Shown: in pieces, positions 1 to 9,309 of the stretch | How positions within the stretch are numbered: the stretch's first letter is position 1 | How the letters are laid out: every line of letters begins with the position of its first letter | Source: an uncultured Bdellovibrionales bacterium | GTDB lineage: Bacteria > Patescibacteriota > Minisyncoccia > Moranbacterales > GWC2-37-73 | Assembly (NCBI GenBank): GCA_964609855.1 | Contig: CAZSTB010000005.1 | Location: forward strand, 1,467-65,466 | Direction: 5' to 3' | DNA length: 64,000 nt | Program-made: the position numbers and the translations under genes | The notes under the pieces: model-generated | Databases searched by the model: none | The model's input: the letters and a program-made list of their open reading frames with translations, nothing else | Told to the model about the DNA's origin: nothing

Positions 1-2
1 GT

Positions 3-104
3 TTTCATCCAAATAGAAATACCGCCTCCTTGGAATTGTCAGGAGAAATGTTCCGCAAATTTTTACAGTCAATTGAAAATCTTAATAAGGTAATTGATTT
101 GTAA
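3..104 (+). CDS. 3' end of a probable YbaK/ProX (PrdX-like) aminoacyl-tRNA deacylase, truncated by the window edge
   Basis: Frame 3 reads FHPNRNTASLELSGEMFRKFLQSIENLNKVIDL*, resembling the HPxxNTA..L...KFL C-terminus of ProX/PrdX proteins. Confidence 0.6.
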   Translation, partial: FHPNRNTASLELSGEMFRKFLQSIENLNKVIDL

Positions 105-329
105 TAACAGCGTATAACAAAGAATATCTGGCTCAAAAATTTCTTACAATTATATTTTTACATTAAGGAAAATGAAATTTTCTCGATCCAAATTCATCTC
201 CGCTACGCTACAATGAACTTCAGATATTCTTAACGTTCAACGAAATAAATTTTTTATCTTGGTTGTAATTTAGCGATTTGTGAATTACGCAGGGACAGAA
301 AATTTGCACCACAAGGGCATTTCCGCTGG

Positions 330-413
330 TCATTTTTTATTAATTTAAAGAGGGGGATAATGTGTTTTTCTGCTTTTTGGGAAGCATAAAAAAATAATTT
401 ATTTTCAAAAAAT
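330..413 (+). repeat. Cassette spacer, right half (copy 1)
   Basis: 364-416 nearly identical to 1348-1400 (GTTTTTCTGCTTTTTGGGAAGCA.AAAAAAATAATTTATTTTCAAAAA.TATG), which contains a hairpin and ends at the ATG. Confidence 0.8.
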
Positions 414-1280
414 ATGATTGGACATCTAATATATACATACGATCGACTTGATGATGCTAGAATCTTGCAAGAAATTTCAAAAAATTATTTAGCCAAAGAG
501 CTAGGTGATATTTTCCTCATTCATGCTTACAACGGAGAAAATTCATTTGGATATGAAAAATATCTTGAAGACAAATTGATAAAGATAAAAAATAAAGGAC
601 ATTTTGAAGGTGCTTGCGATTTGATAAATCAAGGAATTGCTGAAGCAGGAAGGAATTTAGACATAGATTATTTAATGGTGACCGCATCCGACACTTGGTT
701 GTTGAATGCTGATTATATTAAGAAAATAATTTCAGAAATGAAAGAGATGAATAAGGTGATTGCAACTTGTGCGTGGGATGATCGCGGAATAGTTGAACCT
801 GATATAAACAATACAATGAATTTGTTTAAGATTGGTTTTGCGACTGACTTTTTTATATTAGATATGAAATGGCAAAGAGAAAATAAGCTCTTTCCGCTCA
901 AATTCAAATCTATCGCAAGAAAATTTAATGATGTGAAAGTTTTTATGACTGGACATCTCGTTTTACTGGAAGATGTTCTAGCTTATGTATATGCTAAGTT
1001 TTTTATAAAAAAGTATAATTATAATTACGGTGTTTATAAACGAGAAATGATAAAATCTTTGTATCACATGGTTGATAGAGAGCCTATACATTTTCGCAAA
1101 GAAGATGGTATATGGAAAAGAAAAATGGAATGGCCAAGTTTGGGAATTTACACTTACCATGACGAAGATGTCCAAAAGAAGAAAGCTGTATTGCAATCAA
1201 ACGAGGAAATTTCAGGTGTAAATATAGAAAAATTAAGAAATACAGACGATTTGTCATATTTTAACAAGATAAATCAATAA
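414..1280 (+). CDS. Hypothetical protein, possibly GT-A glycosyltransferase-like
   Basis: 288-aa ORF; N-terminal beta strand, YLMVTASDTW in the position of a DxD-like motif; family uncertain. Confidence 0.55.
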   Translation: MIGHLIYTYDRLDDARILQEISKNYLAKELGDIFLIHAYNGENSFGYEKYLEDKLIKIKNKGHFEGACDLINQGIAEAGRNLDIDYLMVTASDTWLLNADYIKKIISEMKEMNKVIATCAWDDRGIVEPDINNTMNLFKIGFATDFFILDMKWQRENKLFPLKFKSIARKFNDVKVFMTGHLVLLEDVLAYVYAKFFIKKYNYNYGVYKREMIKSLYHMVDREPIHFRKEDGIWKRKMEWPSLGIYTYHDEDVQKKKAVLQSNEEISGVNIEKLRNTDDLSYFNKINQ

Positions 1281-1397
1281 GGAGTCTTTTTTCAAAAAAA
1301 TTCACCCCGACCCTCTTTTTTTATTTAATAATGGAGGGAGATAAGAAGTTTTTCTGCTTTTTGGGAAGCAGAAAAAAATAATTTATTTTCAAAAATT
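1274..1397 (+). repeat. Complete cassette spacer (left + right halves)
   Basis: Left half TCAATAAGGAGT...AATTCACCCCGACCCTC matches 1910-1955; right half matches 364-416. Confidence 0.8.
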
Positions 1398-1916
1398 ATG
1401 CATAACAATAAAATTACGGAAGATGAAATTAAAACAGTCACCGAGATATTGAAAAAAATTGAGCCTGGGCTTTTGCCATTTCCAATTTTTTTAGAAGTAG
1501 CTCGACTATATGTTAGCTGTATTGTTGAAATAGTTCCTTTTTACAACGACAATGGCAATATTCAGGTTTTACTTCAGGAGCGTGAACAAGAAGATCCGAT
1601 TTGGGGAGGAATGTTACATACGGCGGGCACTGTAGTTAGGGCAAATGATGAAGATGGAACTTTTAAAAGTGCGTTTGATAGAATATTAAATAAGGAGTTG
1701 CAAGGAATTTTGATTAAAGGTGAACCAACTTTTGTTAAATCAGTTTTTCATCAAGTAGCTAGAGGTAGGGAGCTAGCCTTAATTTTTTATGTTGAATTGG
1801 CGACAAATGAAGTTTCACATCTGGGAAAATTATATGACATTGAGAAATTGCCAGCTGAGATAGTTGATACGCAAGTTCAGTTTATTCAAGATGCTGCCAA
1901 ACAATTTGTTCAATAA
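1398..1916 (+). CDS. NUDIX-fold protein (GDP-mannose hydrolase-like, degenerate Nudix box)
   Basis: F.EVARL...IVEIV...VLLQER....WGGMLHTAGTVV.....AFDRIL.KEL pattern resembles Gmm/NudD-type NUDIX proteins. Confidence 0.6.
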   Translation: MHNNKITEDEIKTVTEILKKIEPGLLPFPIFLEVARLYVSCIVEIVPFYNDNGNIQVLLQEREQEDPIWGGMLHTAGTVVRANDEDGTFKSAFDRILNKELQGILIKGEPTFVKSVFHQVARGRELALIFYVELATNEVSHLGKLYDIEKLPAEIVDTQVQFIQDAAKQFVQ

Positions 1917-1963
1917 GGAGTTTCAAAAAAATGAAATTCACCCCTGACCCCTCTTTCATTTTT
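1910..1963 (+). repeat. Cassette spacer, left half (copy 3)
   Basis: TCAATAAGGAGT-TTCAAAAAAA...AATTCACCCCTGACCCCTCT matches 1274-1316. Confidence 0.75.
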
Positions 1964-2102
1964 CAAAACAAAAAATCAAATTTTCTTAGATGCAAAATCA
2001 GAGTATAATGAATTTAACGATGAGATAAAAATTGACATCGTTGAACAACTCATATCTGGCTTAAAAAGTTTTGCCTTATTTGATTTTAAATAAATTTTTA
2101 AT

Positions 2103-2312
2103 ATGTTGTCAAAAGAAATTAGGAATTTTATTTCAAGCTTGGTTGTCTTCGGAATTGTTTCGTATTTTGCAATTAGGAATGGCAGATTGACGATTGAAGA
2201 TGCTCTGAACTATTTTATCTGGTTCGCGGTGTTCGTATTTTTGGTATCGATCGCTTTGCGTTTTATTACTGGCATATGGGGAAGTTGTGGTTTAAGAGGG
2301 AAAGAAAAATAG
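2103..2312 (+). CDS. Small two-TM hypothetical membrane protein
   Basis: 69-aa ORF with two hydrophobic segments. Confidence 0.6.
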   Translation: MLSKEIRNFISSLVVFGIVSYFAIRNGRLTIEDALNYFIWFAVFVFLVSIALRFITGIWGSCGLRGKEK

Positions 2313-2324
2313 AAAACAGATGAA

Positions 2325-3803
2325 TTATTTCTTTAAATAATGAAAGACAGATCCAATGAAATACAATGAGCCGGTTATTGCAACCGGCTTTTTTGATTCT
2401 TTGATACTTTTGATGATCTGCGAATAATTGTTGGGAATCACTGAAAAGTTGCGAAAATTTTGAGATTCTAAAAAAGTTGCGATTTCTTTGTTGTCAACAG
2501 AGCTCCAATGATTGTCCATTCCTGAAGTTGAAAAATTAGTCAGCAAGATTTTATCAGCCAGGGGAATTATTTTCTTCAGTATATTCTTGAAATCCTTGCT
2601 TTTTTTGAAAGCGACAAGGAAAGTGAATTTTTGATTAGGATAAATTGCAGCCAAGTTAGTGGTAAAAGCCTCCATTTTTTGTGGATTGTGTGCGCCATCT
2701 ATTATTACGTTTTGTTTTTCAATCTTTCTAATTTCCATGCGACCAGGAATTGAAATGCTTTCAAGAGAAAATCTCAAAGCCTTTTCATTGATGTTGAAAT
2801 CGTCACGTTCTGATGCGATTGCTAGACAAGCCAGAGCAAGTGAGCAATTTTCAGCTTGATGTTTTCCAATGAGTCCCAATCTGACCTTTTTCAAAATTAG
2901 AGATTTTTCATTCTGAACTTGTTTCAGAATACCTCTCTGATTGCGCATTTTTATAGATCCTGAAACAAGTTCAGGATGACAATTGGGAGATTTGAAATTG
3001 AAATCAAATACTGTCTTAATCGGCGTTGAGGAGGTTGTGTAATAATTCTTTTCTTGTTTGATTGTGAAAAGCTGGGATTTTTTATCAATGCATCTTTCTT
3101 TGATAATTTTTTGTGCTCTAGCTGACTGTTGGATATTGATTGTTGTATTTTGCTTTCCTATTATTCCTGCTTTCTGCTCAGCAATTTTTGCAATTGTTTT
3201 TCCGAGAATTTCAGTGTGATCTAGTCCAATTTTTGTGATGATGCAGATCTTGTTTTTCGAGCTGACCGTGTTGGTTGCGTCCAAGGTTCCACCTAGACCA
3301 GTTTCCATGACCGCGTAGTCAATCTTTTCTTTGGCGAACATGAAAAATGCCAATCCTACATTTATTTCAAAAAATGTCGGTGCGCCATATTTGCAACTTT
3401 CCATTTTTCGTATTGCGGGAAGAATCTGATTGAAATATTTTAAAATCAATTTTTCACTCAGTAGCGCATTCGCATGTCCGCCATTTGTAGTGGCGGTTTG
3501 CGACGCGGTAGTGGAGCAAAAAACTTGCATTCTTTCTCTAATGTCAAAAATATGCGGAGAAATTGAAAGTCCAACCTTGAATCCCTGGCTTTGCAAAACA
3601 TGGCTAGTCAGGTAGGCGGTTGAACCTTTGCCGGATGTCCCTGCAATATGAATAACCTTTAGCTTGTTTTGCGGGTTGCCAAGCAGTTTCATGAAATATT
3701 TGGCTCTTTTGAGCCCAATATCTCCCATGAACAAAGCATCCCTGGTCGGGACACGGGTTTTGAGAAAATCTTCAAATTGCTGTAGACTATTTACTTTTAA
3801 CAT
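2325..3803 (-). CDS. folC: Folylpolyglutamate synthase/dihydrofolate synthase (Mur-ligase family) with two in-frame insertions
   Basis: IHIAGTSGKGST, SPH...RER, ETGLGGTLDATN, IGLDHTEILG, PGRME, IIDGAHNP, TGSLYFIG motifs. Confidence 0.93.
   Translation of the reverse strand: MLKVNSLQQFEDFLKTRVPTRDALFMGDIGLKRAKYFMKLLGNPQNKLKVIHIAGTSGKGSTAYLTSHVLQSQGFKVGLSISPHIFDIRERMQVFCSTTASQTATTNGGHANALLSEKLILKYFNQILPAIRKMESCKYGAPTFFEINVGLAFFMFAKEKIDYAVMETGLGGTLDATNTVSSKNKICIITKIGLDHTEILGKTIAKIAEQKAGIIGKQNTTINIQQSARAQKIIKERCIDKKSQLFTIKQEKNYYTTSSTPIKTVFDFNFKSPNCHPELVSGSIKMRNQRGILKQVQNEKSLILKKVRLGLIGKHQAENCSLALACLAIASERDDFNINEKALRFSLESISIPGRMEIRKIEKQNVIIDGAHNPQKMEAFTTNLAAIYPNQKFTFLVAFKKSKDFKNILKKIIPLADKILLTNFSTSGMDNHWSSVDNKEIATFLESQNFRNFSVIPNNYSQIIKSIKESKKPVAITGSLYFIGSVFHYLKK
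2907..2981 (-). repeat. GTCAT..ATGAC-type palindromic element inserted in frame in folC
   Basis: First 30 nt on the minus strand are identical to intergenic 34561-34590; encodes CHPELVSGSIKMRNQRGILKQVQNE. Confidence 0.88.
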
Positions 3804-3848
3804 AGTTTTTTATGATATATCCTTAGAAACAAAAATACAAGTTTTCTG

Positions 3849-3877
3849 TTGACATTGTAATTGATATTTGTTAGCTT
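3849..3877 (+). promoter_or_regulatory. Sigma70-type promoter
   Basis: TTGACA-17bp-TAGCTT with extended TG. Confidence 0.55.
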
Positions 3878-4083
3878 GATAGCAATCGAATGGGGTCTAA
3901 TATTGCTCAGTTGCTTTGTAGAAGTATCTGTACAATAGGTGTTCGCCCATTTGTACTGTTCTGGGGTGGAGTCCGCCATGAATTCCCGAAGCCCCGGAAT
4001 GGGCCGATTTCAAGTGTGAGGGTGCCACCTTGTGGCCATGGCGGAAGTTCTTTGGAAAAACAAAATTTAAAGGAGGTGCTATC

Positions 4084-4506
4084 ATGCAGTGGTTTGGATT
4101 TGAAGTTCAATCGAGATTTGATGAATATTTTAATACCATTCACAATAAATTGAACTGGCTCATGGTGCTTTCTAAATTTTTTCGCAAAGACGAAATTAGA
4201 AAAGTGTTTGGTGGTGCTTATGTGCTGTGTCCCTTTCACAATGAAAACACTCCATCCATGCGCTTCTCTTTCATTGCTGACAACTTTCTTTGTTTTGGAT
4301 GTGGTTGCGGTGGAGATATTTTTTCTTTCATTAAGCGCATGGAGGGCGGCTCCTTTGAGGCTATGCTTTTCATAAGAAAATATTTTCAGATCCCTTTGCC
4401 ATTTACAAGAAAAGAGTGGCGAGCTATTAAAGCTGAGATAAGAAGAAGACAAGCAGAAAACATAAATTTATATCTGCAAGTAGTCTCAGCAGAAGATGAA
4501 AATTAA
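4084..4506 (+). CDS. Stand-alone CHC2 (DnaG primase-type) zinc-finger protein
   Basis: CPFHNENTPS...FLCFGCGCGGDIFSF; AGGAGG SD at 4071-4076 favours ATG 4084; no TOPRIM domain. Confidence 0.8.
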   Translation: MQWFGFEVQSRFDEYFNTIHNKLNWLMVLSKFFRKDEIRKVFGGAYVLCPFHNENTPSMRFSFIADNFLCFGCGCGGDIFSFIKRMEGGSFEAMLFIRKYFQIPLPFTRKEWRAIKAEIRRRQAENINLYLQVVSAEDEN

Positions 4507-4508
4507 GT

Positions 4509-4543
4509 GAGGTGATGATCTGCGGATTGTCACCTCTTTTTTT
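4509..4543 (+). terminator. Intrinsic terminator
   Basis: GAGGTGATGATC/GATTGTCACCTC stem followed by T7. Confidence 0.75.
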
Positions 4544-4636
4544 GAGCTTTTTTTATTATATAATCCATGCTAAAATCAGATAGAAATAATCCCAATGCTA
4601 AAAGCTGGTGAAGCTAATGCAGCTAAAAGCTAATTT

Positions 4637-5305
4637 ATGAAATTCGACATCATTACCATTTTCCCAGCTATTTTCGACAGCTATTTCAGTGAATCGATCA
4701 TTAAGCGTGCGCAAGAAAATGAATTGATAGAAATTAAAATTCACAATTTAAGAGAATACTCAAACAATAAGCATCATAATGTTGACGATACTCCTTATGG
4801 CGGGGGCGCAGGAATGGTGATGCAAGTTCAGCCGTTTTTTGATGGTTTACAAAAAATTAAAGATACGATTACTGTCGACCAATCCGTAAGAACTATATTG
4901 TTTTCCGCAAAGGGAAAACGCTTTACGCAAAAAGATGCGCAGAGACTAGCTGAGTACGACCGGCTTGTTTTACTTTGTGGCCGATATGAAGGAGTTGATG
5001 AGCGCGTGGCTGAAAATCTTGTTGACGAAGAAATTTCAATCGGCGACTTTGTTCTGACCGGAGGAGAAATACCAGCTATGGTAATTGTGGATAGTGTCAC
5101 TAGGCTATTGCCTGGCGCACTTGGGAATGACCAAAGTGCAATCGAAGAGTCTCACAGTGAAGAAGGATATCTTGAATATCCTCAATACTCTAAGCCGGAA
5201 AAGTTTAACGAGTGGAGTGTGCCGGAAGTTCTCCTTAGTGGAAATCATGCAGAAATTGAGAAATGGAGAACACAGAAATCAAAACGCGGGCCAAAAAATG
5301 AGTAG
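4637..5305 (+). CDS. trmD: tRNA (guanine37-N1)-methyltransferase
   Basis: [44 protein letters not shown]. Confidence 0.98.
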   Translation: MKFDIITIFPAIFDSYFSESIIKRAQENELIEIKIHNLREYSNNKHHNVDDTPYGGGAGMVMQVQPFFDGLQKIKDTITVDQSVRTILFSAKGKRFTQKDAQRLAEYDRLVLLCGRYEGVDERVAENLVDEEISIGDFVLTGGEIPAMVIVDSVTRLLPGALGNDQSAIEESHSEEGYLEYPQYSKPEKFNEWSVPEVLLSGNHAEIEKWRTQKSKRGPKNE

Positions 5306-5415
5306 TTAAAATTGCTTGATAATAAAATACAAACACAAACACATTGGTAGCCAATAATGATTGTCTAGATAGTGATTTTAAAAAATGGCTTTGAAATTAA
5401 TGGATTTGGTTATTA

Positions 5416-6537
5416 ATGTCACTTTTAATTATGCAACATAAATTAGGTGATAAGGCACTCTTGACCATCGTAGGGACACTACTTGTTTTCGGTTTGATTA
5501 TGATTGCCAGTGCGGGCGTAATTTATTCCGAGACTCGCTTTGGCGACTCTTATTATTTTTTTAAGCACCAACTTTTTTTTGGAGTTATTCCCGGGGCGAT
5601 CGCTTTATATGTTTTTCAAAAAATAGATTATCACTTCTGGCGTAAACTTGCGGTTCCGTTCTTTATTCTTTCGGTGATCTTTTTGATTTTGGTTTTTGTG
5701 CCGGGAATTGGTTCTAGGGTTTATGGCGCAAGTCGTTGGCTGCAGCTAGGACCTTTTTCTTTTCAGCCCTCTGAAATGGCAAAGTTGGCAGTGATTATTT
5801 ATCTTGCTGCTTGGCTTGAGAGTCGTGGAACGAAACGCATTAAGGATTTTTTTGAAGGAATGTTGCCATTTTTAGGCATTATCAGTCTCATAGCTTTTCT
5901 TATCATGAAGCAGCCTGACACTGGGACGCTTGGTGTTATTATTTTAACTTCTTTCGCATTGTTTTTTGTTGCAGGTGCTCATATGAGGCACTTATTCTCA
6001 ATGGGAACTCTAGGTTTTATTGCTCTTTGGGTTTTGGTTAAGATTGAACCTTATCGTTTGAATCGAATTTTGGCTTTTCTTGATCCAGGAGCTGATCCTC
6101 AGGGTATTGGGTATCAAATCAATCAAGCATTGCTAGCCGTTGGGAGTGGAGGCCTTTTTGGGGTAGGACTGGGACATAGTAGGCAAAAATATAATTATTT
6201 GCCTGAACCGGTTGGAGATTCTATTTTTGCAGTTATTGGTGAAGAAGTGGGAATGATTGGTGCGTTAATTCTGGTCTCGTTGTTTATTTTGCTGGCGATG
6301 CGTGGGCTAAAAATTGCAAAAAAAGCACCAGACATGTTCGGTACATTAGTAGCCACGGGAATCACTATGTGGATTGTAATTCAGTCCTTTATTAATATTG
6401 GGGCTAACATCGCACTTATTCCACTTACGGGTATTCCATTGCCATTCATTAGTTATGGTGGAACCTCGCTAGTTTTTTTAATGTCATCAATAGGAATATT
6501 GCTTAACATATCCAAACAATCAAATATGGAGAACTAG
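5416..6537 (+). CDS. ftsW: SEDS peptidoglycan polymerase FtsW
   Basis: GASRW, FQPSE.AK, QPD.GT, GYQ..QAL.A.GSGG, LPFISYGGTS; directly upstream of murG. Confidence 0.93.
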   Translation: MSLLIMQHKLGDKALLTIVGTLLVFGLIMIASAGVIYSETRFGDSYYFFKHQLFFGVIPGAIALYVFQKIDYHFWRKLAVPFFILSVIFLILVFVPGIGSRVYGASRWLQLGPFSFQPSEMAKLAVIIYLAAWLESRGTKRIKDFFEGMLPFLGIISLIAFLIMKQPDTGTLGVIILTSFALFFVAGAHMRHLFSMGTLGFIALWVLVKIEPYRLNRILAFLDPGADPQGIGYQINQALLAVGSGGLFGVGLGHSRQKYNYLPEPVGDSIFAVIGEEVGMIGALILVSLFILLAMRGLKIAKKAPDMFGTLVATGITMWIVIQSFINIGANIALIPLTGIPLPFISYGGTSLVFLMSSIGILLNISKQSNMEN

Positions 6538-6602
6538 CTGGAATGCTAGCTTTTTCCCTGCTTTATTGTTAAAATAGAATAGCAATAAGATGACGTAAAA
6601 AG

Positions 6603-6705
6603 CAATTTTGAATTTTATAATTTTGAAATATGAATGAGTTTTGAATTATTAATTTTGAAATATTAAATCATTAAGATTTGATTTAAAATTTGGAGTTCGA
6701 AATCC
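6603..6705. repeat. Heptamer-type (TTTTGAA) intergenic array
   Basis: Repeated TTTTGAA/TTTTATAA units with a degenerate opposite arm. Confidence 0.55.
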
Positions 6706-6719
6706 ATCATTAACTTTAT

Positions 6720-7829
6720 ATGAGAATAGTATTAACCGGAGGTGGAACGGGCGGGCATTTGACGCCACTTGTAGCTATTGCAGATAAATTAAAGGCTAAA
6801 TTGGGCCCGGAAGCTCAACTTTTATACATTGGTTCAGGGGCGGAAATGGAAAAGCAAATGATGGCACAAGAGGGTATTCCTGCTAAATTCGTCCAGAGCG
6901 GAAAAATGCGACGTTATTTCGCCATGGAAAACTTTGTTGATTTTTTAAAAATTCCCGTGGGATTTATTCAGTCGCTTTGGATCCTGCTTCGCTTTATGCC
7001 TGATGCTATTTTTTCCAAGGGCGGATATGTGGCGGTTCCAATTGTTCTCGCAGCATGGGTGTATCGTATTCCAATTATGATTCATGAATCAGATAGTATC
7101 CCAGGCGTTGCAAATCAATTTTTGTCGAAATTTGCAAATCGTATCGCAGTCGCTTATCCATCAGCTGAACAATATTTCCCGAAAGAAAAAACTGCACTTG
7201 TTGGAAATCCTATCCGTTTTCAGGTGACTGATGGCGACGCCGTGATGTTTCGGCAGCAGCTGGGATTTACGCAATCACGCAAGACTATTTTGATCCTAGG
7301 GGGTTCGCAGGGTTCGCGGGTTATAAATAATGCAATCGTGAAAATTTTACCCAAACTCTTGCATCATTATCAGGTGATTCATCAAACGGGTGAAAAAAAT
7401 TATGAATCAGTTTTACATGATGCTGCATACATGGGAATTAAATCGGGGCATGATGGATATTATGCAACAGCTTTCATGAACGCCAATCAACTTAGAGACG
7501 CGTTCGCGCTCAGCGATTTAGTTATCAGTAGAGCAGGTGCAACATTTATTACTGAAATTGCTGCAAATGGAAAAGCTGCAATTTTGATCCCGATTGCAAC
7601 CAGTGCTAATAATCACCAGGAAATGAATGCTAATGAACTTGCGCACATCGGGGCAGCATTAGTTTTGGAAGAGGGAAATCTCGGCGAGCACATTCTGATG
7701 GAGAAAATTGAAAAGATTTTAAGTGACGAAGTTTTAAGGCAAAGTATGATAGAGAAAATTAAAACCTTTTATCACCCAAATGCAGCGGAAATCATTTCCA
7801 ATGGTGTAATCGAAATTGCACGCGCTTAA
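6720..7829 (+). CDS. murG: UDP-GlcNAc:lipid I N-acetylglucosamine transferase
   Basis: TGGGTGGH, SKGGYV, HESD, GGSQGS, SRAGA, HQ..NA. Confidence 0.97.
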   Translation: MRIVLTGGGTGGHLTPLVAIADKLKAKLGPEAQLLYIGSGAEMEKQMMAQEGIPAKFVQSGKMRRYFAMENFVDFLKIPVGFIQSLWILLRFMPDAIFSKGGYVAVPIVLAAWVYRIPIMIHESDSIPGVANQFLSKFANRIAVAYPSAEQYFPKEKTALVGNPIRFQVTDGDAVMFRQQLGFTQSRKTILILGGSQGSRVINNAIVKILPKLLHHYQVIHQTGEKNYESVLHDAAYMGIKSGHDGYYATAFMNANQLRDAFALSDLVISRAGATFITEIAANGKAAILIPIATSANNHQEMNANELAHIGAALVLEEGNLGEHILMEKIEKILSDEVLRQSMIEKIKTFYHPNAAEIISNGVIEIARA

Positions 7830-7831
7830 TA

Positions 7832-9250
7832 ATGAACGAAACTAGCAAACATATGGATAATCTCGAAACAAAAAAAATCTATATTGTAGGAATTGAGGGT
7901 GCCGGAACTTCGGCTCTCGCGTTGCTATATAAAAATCTCGGTTATCAGGTTTCCGGAAGTGACAGTGGTGATCATTTCTATCAAAACGTGCTGCGAAATT
8001 CCGGTGTGGAAGTTTTTCAGCAATTCGATAAAGAAAATGTTCCCAAGGAACTTGATTTTGCAGTTTATTCAAGTGCCTATGGAGAGGGTAATCCTGAAAT
8101 TTCCGAAATTAAAAAGCGTAACATTCCACTTTTGAGTTATTCGCAAGCGTTGGGTCAATTCTTTAATGAGAAATTAGGGATTGCCGTTTGCGGGACACAT
8201 GGAAAAACAACAACCACCGCTATGTTAGCAAGTGCTATGAAACAAGCAGGTCTTGACCCCTTAGCATTGGTTGGCAGTAATGTTATTGAATGGGGCAGTA
8301 GCGTGCTACTGGGAAAGGGTGAATATTTTGTAGCCGAAGCTGATGAATATCAAAATAAACTGCAATATTACAACCCTTGGGCTGCTATCTTAACAAGCGT
8401 TGATTGGGATCATCCGGATTTTTTCCCGGACTTCGAGATTTATAAACAAACTTTCAAGGATTTCGTAAAAAGAATTCCTAAGACAGGAATGCTTGTTGTT
8501 TGGGGCGATAGTGCTGCTACGCTTGAAGTTGCAGAGTCAGCAGTCTGTAAGGTTATCACTTATGGTTTCGGAAGTGAAAATGATTTCATAATTTTAAGTC
8601 ATGAAACATCGGCTTGCATGCAAGATGATGGCGCAGAGAAATTTGAACAAGTTTTTGAAATAGAATTTCATGGGAAAAGTCTGGGTTCATTTAGGACGCC
8701 ACTTTCTGGAAAGCACAATATTCTTAATGCAACTTCGGTCATTGCACTTACTTCTGCGATGCAATTAGAATTGGAAAAAATAAAAGAAGCTTTGAATTGT
8801 GCACAAGGAACCACCCGTAGATTTCAATATATCGGTAAGTTTGAAAAAGCGATCTTGATTGACGATTATGCCCATCACCCAGATGAGATCAGGGCTACCT
8901 TGAGTGGGGCTAGTGATCGCTATAGGGGCAAAAAAATCTGGACAGTTTTTCATCCGCATACTTTTACGCGAACCAAAGCTTTGCTCCAAGAATTTTCACA
9001 AAGTTTTGATGATACGGATCGCGTTATCGTAATTGATGTATATGGAAGTGCGAGGGAAACTCAAGGCGGAGTTTCTTCTCAAGATCTAGTGAAACTTATA
9101 AATAAATATAATTTTGGGAAAGCAGATTACGTTCCTACGATTGATGACGCTATCGAATATTTTCGAGAAAAGGCAGGTGAATATGACGTATTGATCACGA
9201 TGGGAGCTGGAGATGTTTGGAAAATTGGAGATAAGCTGAAAAAAATATAA
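7832..9250 (+). CDS. murC: UDP-N-acetylmuramate--L-alanine ligase
   Basis: GI.GAGTS, GTHGKTTT, EADEY, DWDHPD, DDYAHHP.E, MGAGD. Confidence 0.96.
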   Translation: MNETSKHMDNLETKKIYIVGIEGAGTSALALLYKNLGYQVSGSDSGDHFYQNVLRNSGVEVFQQFDKENVPKELDFAVYSSAYGEGNPEISEIKKRNIPLLSYSQALGQFFNEKLGIAVCGTHGKTTTTAMLASAMKQAGLDPLALVGSNVIEWGSSVLLGKGEYFVAEADEYQNKLQYYNPWAAILTSVDWDHPDFFPDFEIYKQTFKDFVKRIPKTGMLVVWGDSAATLEVAESAVCKVITYGFGSENDFIILSHETSACMQDDGAEKFEQVFEIEFHGKSLGSFRTPLSGKHNILNATSVIALTSAMQLELEKIKEALNCAQGTTRRFQYIGKFEKAILIDDYAHHPDEIRATLSGASDRYRGKKIWTVFHPHTFTRTKALLQEFSQSFDDTDRVIVIDVYGSARETQGGVSSQDLVKLINKYNFGKADYVPTIDDAIEYFREKAGEYDVLITMGAGDVWKIGDKLKKI

Positions 9251-9309
9251 AGGAAATGTGATTTTAATTTTATGTAATATCCTTTTTCAAATCTTTACAT
9301 CTCAAAATA

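Noticed and set aside
330-1963. Classical integron attC sites
   Set aside because: No RYYYAAC/GTTRRRY core pair and no intI; kept only as cassette-like
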